From positions 22,046 to 86,045 of the forward strand of contig JAWLEH010000003.1 of the NCBI GenBank assembly GCA_041686215.1: a DNA stretch of 64,000 bases. Reading direction: 5' to 3'. Below are positions 21,898 through 32,383 of the stretch, one piece after another; positions within the stretch are counted from its first letter, which is position 1, and the number at the start of each line of letters is the position of its first letter. Source of the DNA: Balneolaceae bacterium (lineage in GTDB: Bacteria > Bacteroidota > Rhodothermia > Balneolales > Balneolaceae). A model generated the notes under the pieces. It saw nothing but the letters and a program-made list of their open reading frames with translations. It searched no databases and had not been told where the DNA came from. Position numbers and translations under genes: made by a program.

Positions 21898-22632
21898 ATG
21901 ATTGAAATAGAAAACCTGACAAAAAGCTTTGGTGACCTGCTTGTATGGAAAAATGTGAGCCTGACAATAAAGGATGGCGAGACTTTAGCAATTATTGGCC
22001 GGTCTGGTTGCGGGAAATCCGTTTTGATAAAACACATTAATGCGCTCCTTTATCCTGATTCAGGGACGGTTTGCATTAATGGGAAAAACATATTTGAACA
22101 GGATTATGTAACACAGCGGAAACTGCGCCAGAAGTTTGGCATACTGTTTCAGGGTTCAGCACTTTTTGATTCGATCAATACCTTTGAAAACATTGCTTTT
22201 CCACTCCGCTATTTTACAGATATGAGTGAAGAGCAGATTGAGGAAAAGGTGATGAATGCACTGTTAAAGGTGAATCTTGAAAATGTTCACGATAAAGAGA
22301 CTTCTGAACTGTCCGGTGGGATGAGAAAACGGGTTGGTCTGGCGCGGGCAATCATCCTGGAGCCGGAATATATAATGTATGACGAACCGACATCCGGGCT
22401 TGATCCACAAACAGCAGACGAGATAAATAGCTTGATTATTGAAATGGGTGAAGCTCTGGATATAACGTCCGTTGTTGTTACGCACGATATGCACAGCGTA
22501 TTAGAGGTGGCTGACCGGGTTGCTTTTCTGGATGATCAAAAGCTTAGCTGGCTGGGATCAGTAGAGGAAATGCGCTCGAGTGACCATGCGGCATTTCGGA
22601 GATTTGTAAAAGCAAGTGAATATCAAATATAA
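21898..22632 (+). CDS. mlaF: ABC transporter ATP-binding protein, MlaF-like
   Basis: Walker A is GRSGCGKS, the signature is LSGGMRKRVGLARA and Walker B is IMYDEPTSGLD. I moved the start from the track's 21841 to the in-frame ATG at 21898 (MIEIENLTKSF), which removes the overlap with mlaE. Confidence 0.85.
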   Translation: MIEIENLTKSFGDLLVWKNVSLTIKDGETLAIIGRSGCGKSVLIKHINALLYPDSGTVCINGKNIFEQDYVTQRKLRQKFGILFQGSALFDSINTFENIAFPLRYFTDMSEEQIEEKVMNALLKVNLENVHDKETSELSGGMRKRVGLARAIILEPEYIMYDEPTSGLDPQTADEINSLIIEMGEALDITSVVVTHDMHSVLEVADRVAFLDDQKLSWLGSVEEMRSSDHAAFRRFVKASEYQI

Positions 22633-22655
22633 TATAACAGAACAAAGGAGCATCA

Positions 22656-23585
22656 GTGAATATCAGTAGCGAAACAAAAGTAGGAATTACGGTATTACTG
22701 GCCGCCATCGCCGCGGTAATAGGGTTCCGTTTTATGTCGGATGTGCCAATACTCAGCCAGTCGCAAAAAATAGAAGCAACATTTCCGCGGGCTGATGGGC
22801 TTGCCTCGGGTAGCCAGGTATTTGTGCGGGGTGTGAAGGTGGGGTCTGTAAGCCGTGTGGAACTTACCAGCCTGGATAGCGTGAATGTAACGATGCGGTT
22901 AGATGTTGATCGTCCGCTGCCCAAAGGTTCTGTTGCGTACCTTACCTCGCTTGGAATTATTGAGGGGAAGTCTATTGTAATTGAGCTTGGGGACTCAGAA
23001 GAGGATCTGGAGTTTGGCGGTCGTATAGAAGGTGTATATGTAGAAAGTATGGTGGAAAGCCTGGGAAGTAAAGGTCAGGAGTTAAGTGACGATTTATCCA
23101 GCACGTTTACAGAGCTGAACTCATTTCTGGAGCAGCTGAACTCTACTCTTGATGATGACGCCAGAATGTCTCTCAATTCAACACTTCAAAATACATCGAG
23201 AGCGACGCAGCAGGTGGCAGATATGGTGGAGCAGAAAGAGGATGAAGTTAACTTAGCAATCAATTCGGGAAGCACAATGCTGGCCCGGCTTGATACGCTT
23301 ACACGGGATAACCGCCCCAGGGTGGACAGCCTGGTTGCCTCGCTGGAACGAAATATCAATGAGCTTGAGAAAATTCGTACCGAGCTTGAAGGTGCTTCTT
23401 CGGGACTGAACGACATTATCGAAAAAATAAACAGCGGACAGGGTACGGTTGGTAAAATGGTGAACGACCCCCAGATGTACGACAATATTGAAGAACTTAC
23501 CGACGAGTTAAACAAGCTGGTAAAAGGAATCAACGAAGATCCGGGTCGATATTTGAAACACATGAAACTGATTGAAATTTTTTAA
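22656..23585 (+). CDS. mlaD: MCE/MlaD family substrate-binding protein
   Basis: 309 aa with a GTG start and an N-terminal TM segment. The MCE core is GLASGSQVFVRGVKVGSVSRVEL, followed by a long helical tail. It follows mlaE-mlaF. Confidence 0.75.
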   Translation: MNISSETKVGITVLLAAIAAVIGFRFMSDVPILSQSQKIEATFPRADGLASGSQVFVRGVKVGSVSRVELTSLDSVNVTMRLDVDRPLPKGSVAYLTSLGIIEGKSIVIELGDSEEDLEFGGRIEGVYVESMVESLGSKGQELSDDLSSTFTELNSFLEQLNSTLDDDARMSLNSTLQNTSRATQQVADMVEQKEDEVNLAINSGSTMLARLDTLTRDNRPRVDSLVASLERNINELEKIRTELEGASSGLNDIIEKINSGQGTVGKMVNDPQMYDNIEELTDELNKLVKGINEDPGRYLKHMKLIEIF

Positions 23586-23778
23586 TCGACCGGTCAAATT
23601 TCAACGCGCGTCGTTCGTTGCTATTATTGCGATGTTATCGTAACTTTTCAGGCTCTGTGCTATTTTTTTGAAAGCATTTTGGGCCGTATCAATCGTTTTG
23701 TCGATACCCGCGCAAGTTGTGAAATGATGTTCAGAGAAGGATTTAAATTTTTAATTGATAATTAAGTTGTAGCAGAGG

Positions 23779-25557
23779 ATGGTTATGGGTGTAATGGAGA
23801 AAATGAGGAATAGTACCTCCTCAATTCTGTGGATACTGATTTTCTCGTTTGGGATTTTATGGGTGCTTGCCGATGTGGATTTTTTCGGTGGCGTTACCCA
23901 GGGACCTCAGAATATGGGATCTGTAAATGGAGATCCGATCAGTATTGAAGAGTACAATCAGCGGGTGAGTTACTATACTGAGCAGTTTAACGAGAACGAA
24001 GACGGCGAGTTAACTGCAGAAGTACGTGCATCCCTGGAGCAGCAGGCGTGGGATGATCTGGTTTCAGCAAAACTTGTTCAGCAAAAGATGGATGAACTTG
24101 GTTTTGCAGTAACCGATCGCGAGTTGATGGAAATGGTTACCGGAGATAATCCCGCACCATTTATCCGGCAGCAATTCCAGGATGAAGATGGCAGGATTGA
24201 CCGTGTGGCACTCCAGGCGGCAATTGATGCACCTGAAAACAGCGAAGTGTGGGTATCTGTTGAGCAACAGTTGAGAGACAACCGGCGCCAGCAAAAAATG
24301 AATAATTTCATAAGCGGCGGACTCAGAATCAGCAGCCTTGACATAAAAAACCATTACATTAAAAATAACTCCTTTGCAGATATTGAATTTGTGCGCTTTC
24401 CCTACTCGGATATCTCACAAGATGATATCAATGTTACTGAAGAGGAACTCAGAGAATACCTCGACGAAAATTCTGAACAATTTCAGCGGTCAGAAACATA
24501 CCGCTTCAATTATGTAAGCTGGGATATTACACCCACGGCTCAGGATACGGCAAATACTATCCAGGATGTTGAACAACTTCGCTCGCAATTTGCTGATGCA
24601 GAAAACGACTCTTTGTTTTTACAGCGCAACCTGTCAGATATACCTTACAGAGGTAGTTATGTAGAGCGCGATCAAGTGCGGGATGAATATGCACCGGTAC
24701 TTGATCTCGAAGAGGGTGAAGTTTCCGATGTAATTATGATTGATGATGATCCACATCTGCTTAAGAAAATTGATGAACGTGACGATGAAGTGCTCTTTGC
24801 GGTATTCTCATACCAGATTCGGGCAGACCCGGTGGCAACGATTGACAGGCTGGCTGAGAGTGCTCGCGACTTTGAGTTTTATGCAGAAGATGAAGGGTTT
24901 GATGAAGAGGCAGAACGCCGTGATCTTGAAGTCCGAACCGCCACAGCAACCGAAGGCAATTCATTTATTCCCGGCCTGGGACAGAGCCAGCAGGTGCTAA
25001 GTGCCCTGCAGAATATGAGAAGCGGTGATATATCAGAGCCTCTTGAGCTGGAAGACAATTTTGTTGTTATACAACTGGAAGAAACCATTCCGGAAGGTAC
25101 TCGCCCATTCTCTGAAGTGCGAAACCAAATTGAAAATATTGTTCGCAACAATAAGCGGAAGGCAACAGTCTTAGATAACGTTCGCCAGATAGCTGACGGA
25201 ACAAGCAGCCTTGAAGAGATCTCGGAAGCCTCTGAAAAAGAGGTGCAAAGTGCAGAAGGAATTCGAATGAGTTCCTCAAACATTCCGGGTGCCGGCAGAG
25301 AACCCGGTGTGATAGGGGCTGTTTTCTCGCTAAATGAAGGGGATATTTCTACCCCGCTTGAAGGAGAAAATGCAGTCTTTGTGATTCGGCTGGTAAACCA
25401 GGATATAGCTGATCCCGACCAAATTACTGACAGTGACCGCAGCCAGATCCGAAACCAGCTTGAACAGCAAAAAGTATCTACCTTTAACCAGGTATTTGTT
25501 GATCAGCTTCGGGAAAATGCATCTATTACAGATAACCGAAGCCGACTGCTAAGGTAA
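23779..25557 (+). CDS. periplasmic chaperone / peptidylprolyl isomerase, PpiD/SurA-like
   Basis: 592 aa with an N-terminal TM segment (SILWILIFSFGILWVLA) and a SurA-N-like region (VNGDPISIEEYNQRV). The size and layout match PpiD-type proteins. Confidence 0.6.
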   Translation: MVMGVMEKMRNSTSSILWILIFSFGILWVLADVDFFGGVTQGPQNMGSVNGDPISIEEYNQRVSYYTEQFNENEDGELTAEVRASLEQQAWDDLVSAKLVQQKMDELGFAVTDRELMEMVTGDNPAPFIRQQFQDEDGRIDRVALQAAIDAPENSEVWVSVEQQLRDNRRQQKMNNFISGGLRISSLDIKNHYIKNNSFADIEFVRFPYSDISQDDINVTEEELREYLDENSEQFQRSETYRFNYVSWDITPTAQDTANTIQDVEQLRSQFADAENDSLFLQRNLSDIPYRGSYVERDQVRDEYAPVLDLEEGEVSDVIMIDDDPHLLKKIDERDDEVLFAVFSYQIRADPVATIDRLAESARDFEFYAEDEGFDEEAERRDLEVRTATATEGNSFIPGLGQSQQVLSALQNMRSGDISEPLELEDNFVVIQLEETIPEGTRPFSEVRNQIENIVRNNKRKATVLDNVRQIADGTSSLEEISEASEKEVQSAEGIRMSSSNIPGAGREPGVIGAVFSLNEGDISTPLEGENAVFVIRLVNQDIADPDQITDSDRSQIRNQLEQQKVSTFNQVFVDQLRENASITDNRSRLLR

Positions 25558-25583
25558 TCGATGACATGAAAATGAAGAGCGAA

Positions 25584-25617
25584 AAGGGCAGAAGACTACT
25601 TCTTGCCCTTTTTTTGT
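25584..25617 (+). terminator. rho-independent terminator
   Basis: aagggcagaag-acta-cttcttgccctt forms a stem with one bulged t, followed by ttttttgtttt. Confidence 0.75.
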
Positions 25618-25687
25618 TTTAAGGTGGAAACGAATCTGTACAGCATTATTCCCGGCACCCGATACCCAGTAGCCGACTCCACTGAAA

Positions 25688-26827
25688 ATGACACGAACAA
25701 CCGGTGATATGCCTGACAAAGAAGATAAAATCTGGATGCAGCGGGCCCTCAGCCTTGCCGGCAAGGGCAGGGGCTATACGTCGCCCAACCCGCTGGTAGG
25801 CTGTGTAATTGTTTCAGACGCCGGTAATATTATCGGTGAAGGGTATCATAAAAAGTACGGGAAGGCCCATGCAGAGGTAAATGCGGTTAAATCGGTGAAA
25901 GATAACAGTACCCTGCGGGAGGCTACTGTATATGTTACGCTGGAGCCGTGCGCTCATCAGGGCAAAACACCGTCCTGTGCAAAGATGCTGGCAGGTTTGC
26001 CACTAAAGCGTGTGGTGATTGCAATGAAAGATCCCTTTGCCAATGTAAACGGGAAAGGAATTAAAATTTTAAAAAAGGCCGGTTTCAGAGTGGATGTGGG
26101 CCTTCTGGAGAAAGAAGCCAGGGAACTAAATGAAGCGTGGCTGCACTATGTTCAGTTTTCGAGACCGTTTGTAACGCTTAAAATTGCTCAAAGTGCAGAT
26201 GGCTATATTGCGGCTCCAAACGGTGATTCAAAGTGGATATCATCCAATGATTCGCGCACAGAGGTCCACCGGTGGCGCAGCCGGCAGGACGCCGTTCTTG
26301 TTGGCCGGAATACCGCCATGCACGATAATCCAAGTCTGACCGTGCGTATGGTGGAGGGACGACAGCCATGGCGTGTTGTGATCGACGGGCCGCTGGAGCT
26401 GCCTGCAAACCTGAACCTTTTTTCTGATCAGCATGAAGAAAAAACAATCGTAGTCACACATAATAAAACTAAAGCCGACGAGGTGGCCGACCCGATGCTG
26501 AAGATGCTGCAGAGTAATTATTTTAGAGGTAAAGTGATGGTTGTAGAGGAAGAAAGCGGCCATACTAATTTGGATCAAATGATGGAAAGTCTTGCTGGTG
26601 AAGGGATTACATCACTTTTAGTGGAGGGTGGCCGGGAGCTGTCTACTGCGCTGTTGCGCCAAAATCTGGTAGATCGCCTTCAGTTGTTTATCGCTCCAAA
26701 GCTTCTTGGCGGCGGAACAAAAAGTGTGCAGGGACTGGGAATGAACCGGATGGAAGATCTCGTTCCATTCAGGACATTTACGTGGTCGCGCGTTGGGCCG
26801 GACATGTTATTAACCGCAGATCTATAG
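25688..26827 (+). CDS. ribD: bifunctional riboflavin biosynthesis protein RibD (deaminase/reductase)
   Basis: 379 aa with the CMP/dCMP deaminase zinc motif HAEVNA...TLEPCAHQGKTPSC and a C-terminal reductase domain (KIAQSADGYIA, LLVEGG). Confidence 0.92.
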   Translation: MTRTTGDMPDKEDKIWMQRALSLAGKGRGYTSPNPLVGCVIVSDAGNIIGEGYHKKYGKAHAEVNAVKSVKDNSTLREATVYVTLEPCAHQGKTPSCAKMLAGLPLKRVVIAMKDPFANVNGKGIKILKKAGFRVDVGLLEKEARELNEAWLHYVQFSRPFVTLKIAQSADGYIAAPNGDSKWISSNDSRTEVHRWRSRQDAVLVGRNTAMHDNPSLTVRMVEGRQPWRVVIDGPLELPANLNLFSDQHEEKTIVVTHNKTKADEVADPMLKMLQSNYFRGKVMVVEEESGHTNLDQMMESLAGEGITSLLVEGGRELSTALLRQNLVDRLQLFIAPKLLGGGTKSVQGLGMNRMEDLVPFRTFTWSRVGPDMLLTADL

Positions 26828-26838
26828 AGCTGAATTAT

Positions 26839-27438
26839 ATGTTTACAGGAATTGTAGCCGAAGTTGGAAAAATAACCCATATCGAGAAATTGAAAGGAGG
26901 GAAACAGCTCTCTGTTGCATGTTCATTTGCGGGCGATACCCACGTAGACGAAAGTATTGCTGTAAATGGCGTTTGCCTTACCGTTGTATCTCTTGACAAG
27001 AAAGAATTTGTTGTGCAGTGTGTAGATGAAACACTCCGTAAAACATCTTTTAAAGATCTTGACATCGGGAGCCCGGTGAATCTTGAGCGATCACTCACGC
27101 TTGAAAAAGCTATTGAGGGGCACATTGTACAGGGACATGTGGATACTGTGGGTAAAATCCATTCTATTGAAAAAAATGATGCCGATATTTTAATTACGGT
27201 GGAGTTTGATGAGCAGTATGAAGATTATATTGTTGGGCGCGGCAGTATCTCAATTGACGGGATCAGCCTCACCGTAGCCAGAAATGATGCGAACCGGTTT
27301 ACCGTGGCTATTATCCCTTACACCTGGGAAAACACGAATTTGAAGGATAAAGAAGAAGGCGACCTTCTGAATCTTGAATTCGACATATTTGGAAAATATA
27401 TCGTCCAGTATCTTGAAAAGAGACAGGCGAACGGATAA
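26839..27438 (+). CDS. ribE: riboflavin synthase alpha chain
   Basis: Canonical N-terminus MFTGIVAEVGKI and an internal repeat GSISIDGISLTV. The start was moved from the track's 26782 to the in-frame ATG at 26839. Confidence 0.9.
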   Translation: MFTGIVAEVGKITHIEKLKGGKQLSVACSFAGDTHVDESIAVNGVCLTVVSLDKKEFVVQCVDETLRKTSFKDLDIGSPVNLERSLTLEKAIEGHIVQGHVDTVGKIHSIEKNDADILITVEFDEQYEDYIVGRGSISIDGISLTVARNDANRFTVAIIPYTWENTNLKDKEEGDLLNLEFDIFGKYIVQYLEKRQANG

Positions 27439-27445
27439 ACCTGAA

Positions 27446-30214
27446 TTACCGGGGCGGCCGGCGTCCCCCGGAGGAACTTCGCTCAAGATTATTAAGGCCC
27501 GGAAGTTTTTGAAATAAACTCTGTATCTGGCTGCTGTTTAATGATAAGCGGAAGGAGTAGTATTGAAAATCACCAAATGGATTGAACTGAAAAGAGAGGT
27601 TCCAGCAGATCATTTCGCGGTTCAGGCGAAATTGTGCAGGCGTTAGTTCTTTATCGATAAAATCGTATCCCAGCCGGGTGCTTACACTCCATTTGGGGGT
27701 GAGGTTAAATTGAATATTATTGGCGTTCAGGGTTGCCGTTTTGTTAGCATCCTGCCCAAATCGGTAGTTCCACCGATAGCTGAAATCGAGCCCGAGACTC
27801 CAGGTAGAGTTGATGGGCTGAACCGGCCTTTCGTTGAAAAACTGGTCAACCGGACTGAAAAAATGTTGGTTATAGGGGTCATAGGGTCCGTAGGGTGGCG
27901 TTTGAACACGGGGGCCCCGCTCACCTCCCCGGAAGCTTGTAGATGCGCTGAGACTGTAAGATAAAGGCTGTAAAAACTTATTGCCGTCGTTCCAGATGAA
28001 GGTGTTAATTTCCCGTCCGTTATCATCTCGTGCATACACAGAATAATTTGCGCTCGCAGAAATACGTATGCCCTCGAGAACACGCGAAGAGAACGATACG
28101 CTCACCTGGCTGAAATTCAGACTGTCTGCAGCAAAATTGTAGCTGCTGTTAGCAGACAGGTTGTCGATCAGGCGTAAGTTTGTACTCTGTACTTCGCCTG
28201 TTGAATCTCTTTTCACACGCTTGGTTTCCAGGTTATTCGACACGCCGAAAGAAATGGATTGCTGTTCACCGGATGGCGGACCGCCAAAAACTTCCCTGTC
28301 AAACCTGGAAAATTCCCGGGTATTGCCCAGTGTATCCGTCTGAACTTCTTCATAAAAGCCCCAGGCACCACTTGAAAAGTCGGGTCTGTAATTAAAGCTG
28401 ATGTTGGGCCTGACCGTATGGCGCAAGCCCTCGAAATTACCCACTGATAGTTGTGATATGCCGTAAAACGTAGTTGAAAAGGATAAGCTGGAGTTAAAGT
28501 CTCGCGCCGAGGCAAATCCAAGTTCTTTAATTTCATCCACCTGGTTCTCCTCCTCATTAAACTCACGCCGTGTTGTGGACGGGTACCAGTATTCGTTGTA
28601 GCTGATATTTGCACTAATATTTAAATACTGGCTGGGTATTAGCTGGCCGGCCCGGACTTGTGCCCGCTGTATAAATCCATACTGAATGTGCTGGTCGTCC
28701 CCGGTAGCTTCGCGGTATTTAGCCGGATCAAGCAGTGCTTCAAACCAGTTTACGCTGGCAGAATCACGGGCGGTGGGCCTGAAGTTATAGTTGCTTTTGA
28801 AGTTGTTGCTATAATTTACCGTAACTCGTTCATACCATTTTTGTTCAGTATTTCCGGGGCTGTCTCGTTCAAATGGTGCAAATTGCCGAACAGAAAAATT
28901 CATTTCCGGGCCGGAAAGCCGGGCTACATTGGTATTAAATTGTTGATTCAGGTTCGAGGTTAACGAGAAATTGTAATTCCCTTCGGGGTGGTTATAACGG
29001 TAAGAGATTCTCGAACTGCTGCTGGTTTGGGCCCGTTCGTCAATATCAAGCGAGTTACGCTGAAAGTAGTTGGAGGTATTCAGATTTATATTTGCAGATA
29101 GTTTGGCATACGGAGACAAGTCCTGATCGTGCGTAATACCAAGCCTTTTGCTAACGGTTTCAGAAAAGTTAAGGTCGGTGGGCTCCAGCCCCTGCTCGCG
29201 GGAATATCCTAAGGTGATACTTCCAGAATAGCTATCAGTTTTGCGATATTGCAGCCTTGAGTTGCTGAAAAAAGTTCCTGAGGTAAACAGGTCTACCGAT
29301 GTTTCTCCTACAAGATTGTCGTTAAAATATTGAAACCAGCCGAGGTTTTGAAGGCCCAATCCCCGCGATCCCGTATCCTGGAACAGGTATGTGGGTTCGA
29401 GCAGGCCTGACTGTTGCTGGTCAATGCCACCTGCAGGGATATAACCAAATGGAAATAAGATGGGGTAGGGAATATCCAGAATATAAAGGCGTGCATTGGT
29501 AAAAAAGATTTCATCTTCATCCACAACTTTCATTCGATCTGCCTTGATATAGTACGTCATATGGTCCGGCGGGCAGCTCGAATAGATACCATCTTCTACA
29601 AAAACTTCCGTTTTGGAGATGTTTTTTACGTTGGTGCCGATGAGGTTACCCTGGTCTACCTCGATCTCAGCAACCTCAAATTTCCCTTTTTCGGTTTCGT
29701 AATTGAATAAAATACGGGTGCTTTTCAGGTCTTTATCAGCCTGGCGCAGTACCGGGTAGGATAAAGTGTCTTCGGGGGTTTGGGTGCGTGCTTCCACCTG
29801 GTTCATATCCAGGTCAAGGTCTATGGCGCCGGCTTCGAGGGTACCGCTTTCGTGCTCTACAGAAGCCGAGCCGTAAAGAAATCCTTTTCGCTGATTCCTG
29901 AAATTAAAGACGAGGGAGTCACTGGCCTGGAAATTTACCACATCGCCGGTTGCCTGTTCTTGCTGACCTCCTTGCTGCATGGCCTGTTCTGCCCCTGCTC
30001 CCTGCGGTATTTGACTTGTGTCAAAATCACCCCCGGGAGGAGAGACTTCGACATCCTCGGCATCAGTTGTGTCGGATTGTGTTGTTTCGAGCGTGTCAGC
30101 ACCGCTGGTTTGAAGCGTGTCAGATGCTACTTGCGCATAAGAAATAGATGCCCCCGCACCCCAAAATAAAGCGATTACCAGCAAAAAAAATGTGAAAGGT
30201 ATGGGGTGCTGCAT
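27446..30214 (-). CDS. large outer-membrane protein, putative LPS-assembly protein LptD-like
   Basis: 922 aa with a signal peptide and an acidic/Thr-rich linker. An OstA-like N-terminal region follows (ASVEHESGTLEAGAIDLDLDMNQVEA), then about 650 aa rich in Y/F/N/S beta-strand patterns. Size and layout fit the Bacteroidota LptD family. I recognised no decisive motif. Confidence 0.5.
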   Translation of the reverse strand: MQHPIPFTFFLLVIALFWGAGASISYAQVASDTLQTSGADTLETTQSDTTDAEDVEVSPPGGDFDTSQIPQGAGAEQAMQQGGQQEQATGDVVNFQASDSLVFNFRNQRKGFLYGSASVEHESGTLEAGAIDLDLDMNQVEARTQTPEDTLSYPVLRQADKDLKSTRILFNYETEKGKFEVAEIEVDQGNLIGTNVKNISKTEVFVEDGIYSSCPPDHMTYYIKADRMKVVDEDEIFFTNARLYILDIPYPILFPFGYIPAGGIDQQQSGLLEPTYLFQDTGSRGLGLQNLGWFQYFNDNLVGETSVDLFTSGTFFSNSRLQYRKTDSYSGSITLGYSREQGLEPTDLNFSETVSKRLGITHDQDLSPYAKLSANINLNTSNYFQRNSLDIDERAQTSSSSRISYRYNHPEGNYNFSLTSNLNQQFNTNVARLSGPEMNFSVRQFAPFERDSPGNTEQKWYERVTVNYSNNFKSNYNFRPTARDSASVNWFEALLDPAKYREATGDDQHIQYGFIQRAQVRAGQLIPSQYLNISANISYNEYWYPSTTRREFNEEENQVDEIKELGFASARDFNSSLSFSTTFYGISQLSVGNFEGLRHTVRPNISFNYRPDFSSGAWGFYEEVQTDTLGNTREFSRFDREVFGGPPSGEQQSISFGVSNNLETKRVKRDSTGEVQSTNLRLIDNLSANSSYNFAADSLNFSQVSVSFSSRVLEGIRISASANYSVYARDDNGREINTFIWNDGNKFLQPLSYSLSASTSFRGGERGPRVQTPPYGPYDPYNQHFFSPVDQFFNERPVQPINSTWSLGLDFSYRWNYRFGQDANKTATLNANNIQFNLTPKWSVSTRLGYDFIDKELTPAQFRLNREMICWNLSFQFNPFGDFQYYSFRLSLNSSQIQSLFQKLPGLNNLERSSSGGRRPPR

Positions 30215-30227
30215 AAACGCAATGTGA

Positions 30228-31178
30228 TCAACTCAGTTCTTCAAACGCAAGACTTGCTGCTCCCAAAAGGGCTGCTTCGTTTCCCAGGTGCTCGTAAATA
30301 ATATCAAAGTTTTCGAGAAATGGGGGCATTAATAGCTTGGCAGCGGTTTGTTTTGCCGGTTTTAAAATCCAGTCGCCTGCCTTTGCAACGCCGCCACTCA
30401 CTACAATCTTGCGTATGTCTAAAATATGGACATAGTTTACAATGGCATATCCAAGCTTTTCACCGGTTTTTTGAAGAATATCAATGGCGAGTTCGTTGCC
30501 TTTATTGGCTGCACGGGTTAGATCTACAGGTTCAAGCAGCTCAAAATCTTTGTGGAACTCTTTGTAAAGAGGATTGTCGGGGTGCTGCTTTATCAGGTCG
30601 GCCGCATATCGGCTTAAGAACCGCTGACCCAGATAGGCTTCTATACCTCCGCGTGTATTACTGTTCGAGAGGGGCCCGTGGTAATCTATGATAACGTGGC
30701 CAAGTTCGGCGGCGGACCCGGTTGTTCCCCGATAGATTTTGTTTTTGTAGATAATACCGCCTCCCACGCCTGTGCCCAGGGTAATCATGATAAAACTGTC
30801 AATCTTTGAAGCCACGCCGAACCGGGCAGAGCCCAGTGCGGCCAGGTTAGCGTCGTTATCAATCACACAGGGCAAATTTAATCGTCGTTCTAACTCAGCT
30901 GATACATCTTCAACTTTCCACCCGGGAAGATTTGGCGGATTTTTTACTGTTCGCCGGTCGAGACCAACCATACCGGGCAGGCCCATCCCTATTCCCATAG
31001 GAGTAATATTGTTTTTGTCGGTAATTTCTTTTATCTGCTCAGCTATGGAATCAAAGATCTGATCTTTACCAAGTTCAGCCCGGGTGGGAATTGAGTTTGT
31101 ATCAATAAAGCCACTTTTTTGATCTACAAGGGCTATTTTTATATTTGTTCCACCTAAGTCTATACCAACAGAAACCAT
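30228..31178 (-). CDS. ROK family glucokinase
   Basis: 316 aa with GIDLGGTNIK (ATP-binding), LGTGVGGGII and ELGH. Confidence 0.8.
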   Translation of the reverse strand: MVSVGIDLGGTNIKIALVDQKSGFIDTNSIPTRAELGKDQIFDSIAEQIKEITDKNNITPMGIGMGLPGMVGLDRRTVKNPPNLPGWKVEDVSAELERRLNLPCVIDNDANLAALGSARFGVASKIDSFIMITLGTGVGGGIIYKNKIYRGTTGSAAELGHVIIDYHGPLSNSNTRGGIEAYLGQRFLSRYAADLIKQHPDNPLYKEFHKDFELLEPVDLTRAANKGNELAIDILQKTGEKLGYAIVNYVHILDIRKIVVSGGVAKAGDWILKPAKQTAAKLLMPPFLENFDIIYEHLGNEAALLGAASLAFEELS

Positions 31179-31246
31179 TAAGTTGAATTTAGTTATGAGA
31201 TTAGGGCGAAAATAAACAAAAAAGAAGAAACGATTGTCCCGGAATG

Positions 31247-31552
31247 TTAATCAGAGGGATTTATTTTATATACCGTTTCACCGGGTTTACGCATGCCATA
31301 CTCTTCTCTTGCAATTTTCTCAAGCAGATCAGGATTGTTTTCGAGAGTTTCAATTTTTTTCCGGAGTTCTTCAGACTCTTGCTCCAGTTCGCGTGTGCGT
31401 TCGATCAACTCATCTTTTTGGGATTCAAGCTGGTATCGGGTAGTAAGGCTGTACGTATCAAAAAAAAGAAACCACAAGGCAAAGATGCCAACGAGCAGGC
31501 CAATTAGGGCAGATTTTTTCCAGTAAAGCGGATTCAGGTGTTTGGTATTCAT
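31247..31552 (-). CDS. septum formation initiator (FtsB/DivIC family)
   Basis: 101 aa with one TM segment (ALIGLLVGIFALWFLFF) and a coiled coil (LESQKDELIERTRELEQESEELRKKIETLE). The C-terminal block IAREEYGMRKPGE is typical of this family. Confidence 0.6.
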   Translation of the reverse strand: MNTKHLNPLYWKKSALIGLLVGIFALWFLFFDTYSLTTRYQLESQKDELIERTRELEQESEELRKKIETLENNPDLLEKIAREEYGMRKPGETVYKINPSD

Positions 31553-31659
31553 CGAAACTACTTTTGTTAGACCTGAAATTAGTTTAAATAGAGAGTTTAA
31601 ACAAATGCGGAACAGGGAAAAGGGGAGGAGTAGATTTCTATCATTAGAATATATGATGC

Positions 31660-31698
31660 AAAAAAATAACCCCTACCGGGTATCAGCCGATAAGGGTT
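31660..31698 (-). terminator. rho-independent terminator downstream of tRNA-Lys
   Basis: On the minus strand, aacccttatcgg-ctgata-ccggtaggggtt forms a 12-bp stem with two G-U pairs, followed by attttttt. Confidence 0.7.
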
Positions 31699-31730
31699 AA
31701 TCAAGAGAGATTCATGAAATAAAACTTGTG

Positions 31731-31803
31731 TGAATCGGGAGGGGCTCGAACCCTCGACCCACGGCTTAAAAGGCCGTTGCTCTACCAGCTGAGCTACCGA
31801 TTC
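31731..31803 (-). tRNA. tRNA-Lys (anticodon TTT), CCA not encoded
   Basis: Folded by hand on the minus strand. The acceptor is gaatcgg/ccgattc, the D arm is gctc-agctggta-gagc, the anticodon arm is acggc-ctTTTaa-gccgt and the T arm is gaggg-ttcgagc-ccctc. The discriminator is A and the length is 73 nt. Confidence 0.92.
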
Positions 31804-31984
31804 GTCAAATCCTTCAAAGATCCCAAAGATAAGGAGATGACGAACTCAAAATCAAACAAGAGAACAAAATTTTTATTATTAAATTGAAAGTGCGTTCTGC
31901 ATTCTCGCTATCAGTTTAATACATTTACTGAACCGAATTTAAAACCGATACCATTCCATAACAAGTAAAAAAATATTAGAAATT

Positions 31985-32383
31985 ATGCCTACCGTTTTTA
32001 CAAAGATTGTACAGGGAGAAATCCCTTCTCACAAAGTGGCTGAAAATAATACACACATTGCCTTTCTGGATATCAACCCAATTGCAAAAGGTCATACGCT
32101 TGTTGTACCCAAAAAAGAAGTGGACTACCTGTTTGATTTATCCGACGAACTACTTTCCGAAACCATGATCTTTGCTAAAAAAGTGGCAGCAGGTATCGAT
32201 GACGCACTTAGTCCCATACGTACAGGCGTGATAGTTGAAGGGCTTGAAGTACCACACGCGCACATTCACCTTGTACCGATTTACTCCGAAGGTCAAACAG
32301 TTGCCCTTGGCCACTCGGTGAATGTAAGCAGTGATGAAATGAAACAAATTGCTGAATCCATTGCTAAAAAAATGCACCTATGA
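31985..32383 (+). CDS. HIT (histidine triad) family protein
   Basis: 132 aa with the N-terminus FTKIVQGEIPSHKV and the histidine triad VPHAHIHLVP. Confidence 0.85.
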   Translation: MPTVFTKIVQGEIPSHKVAENNTHIAFLDINPIAKGHTLVVPKKEVDYLFDLSDELLSETMIFAKKVAAGIDDALSPIRTGVIVEGLEVPHAHIHLVPIYSEGQTVALGHSVNVSSDEMKQIAESIAKKMHL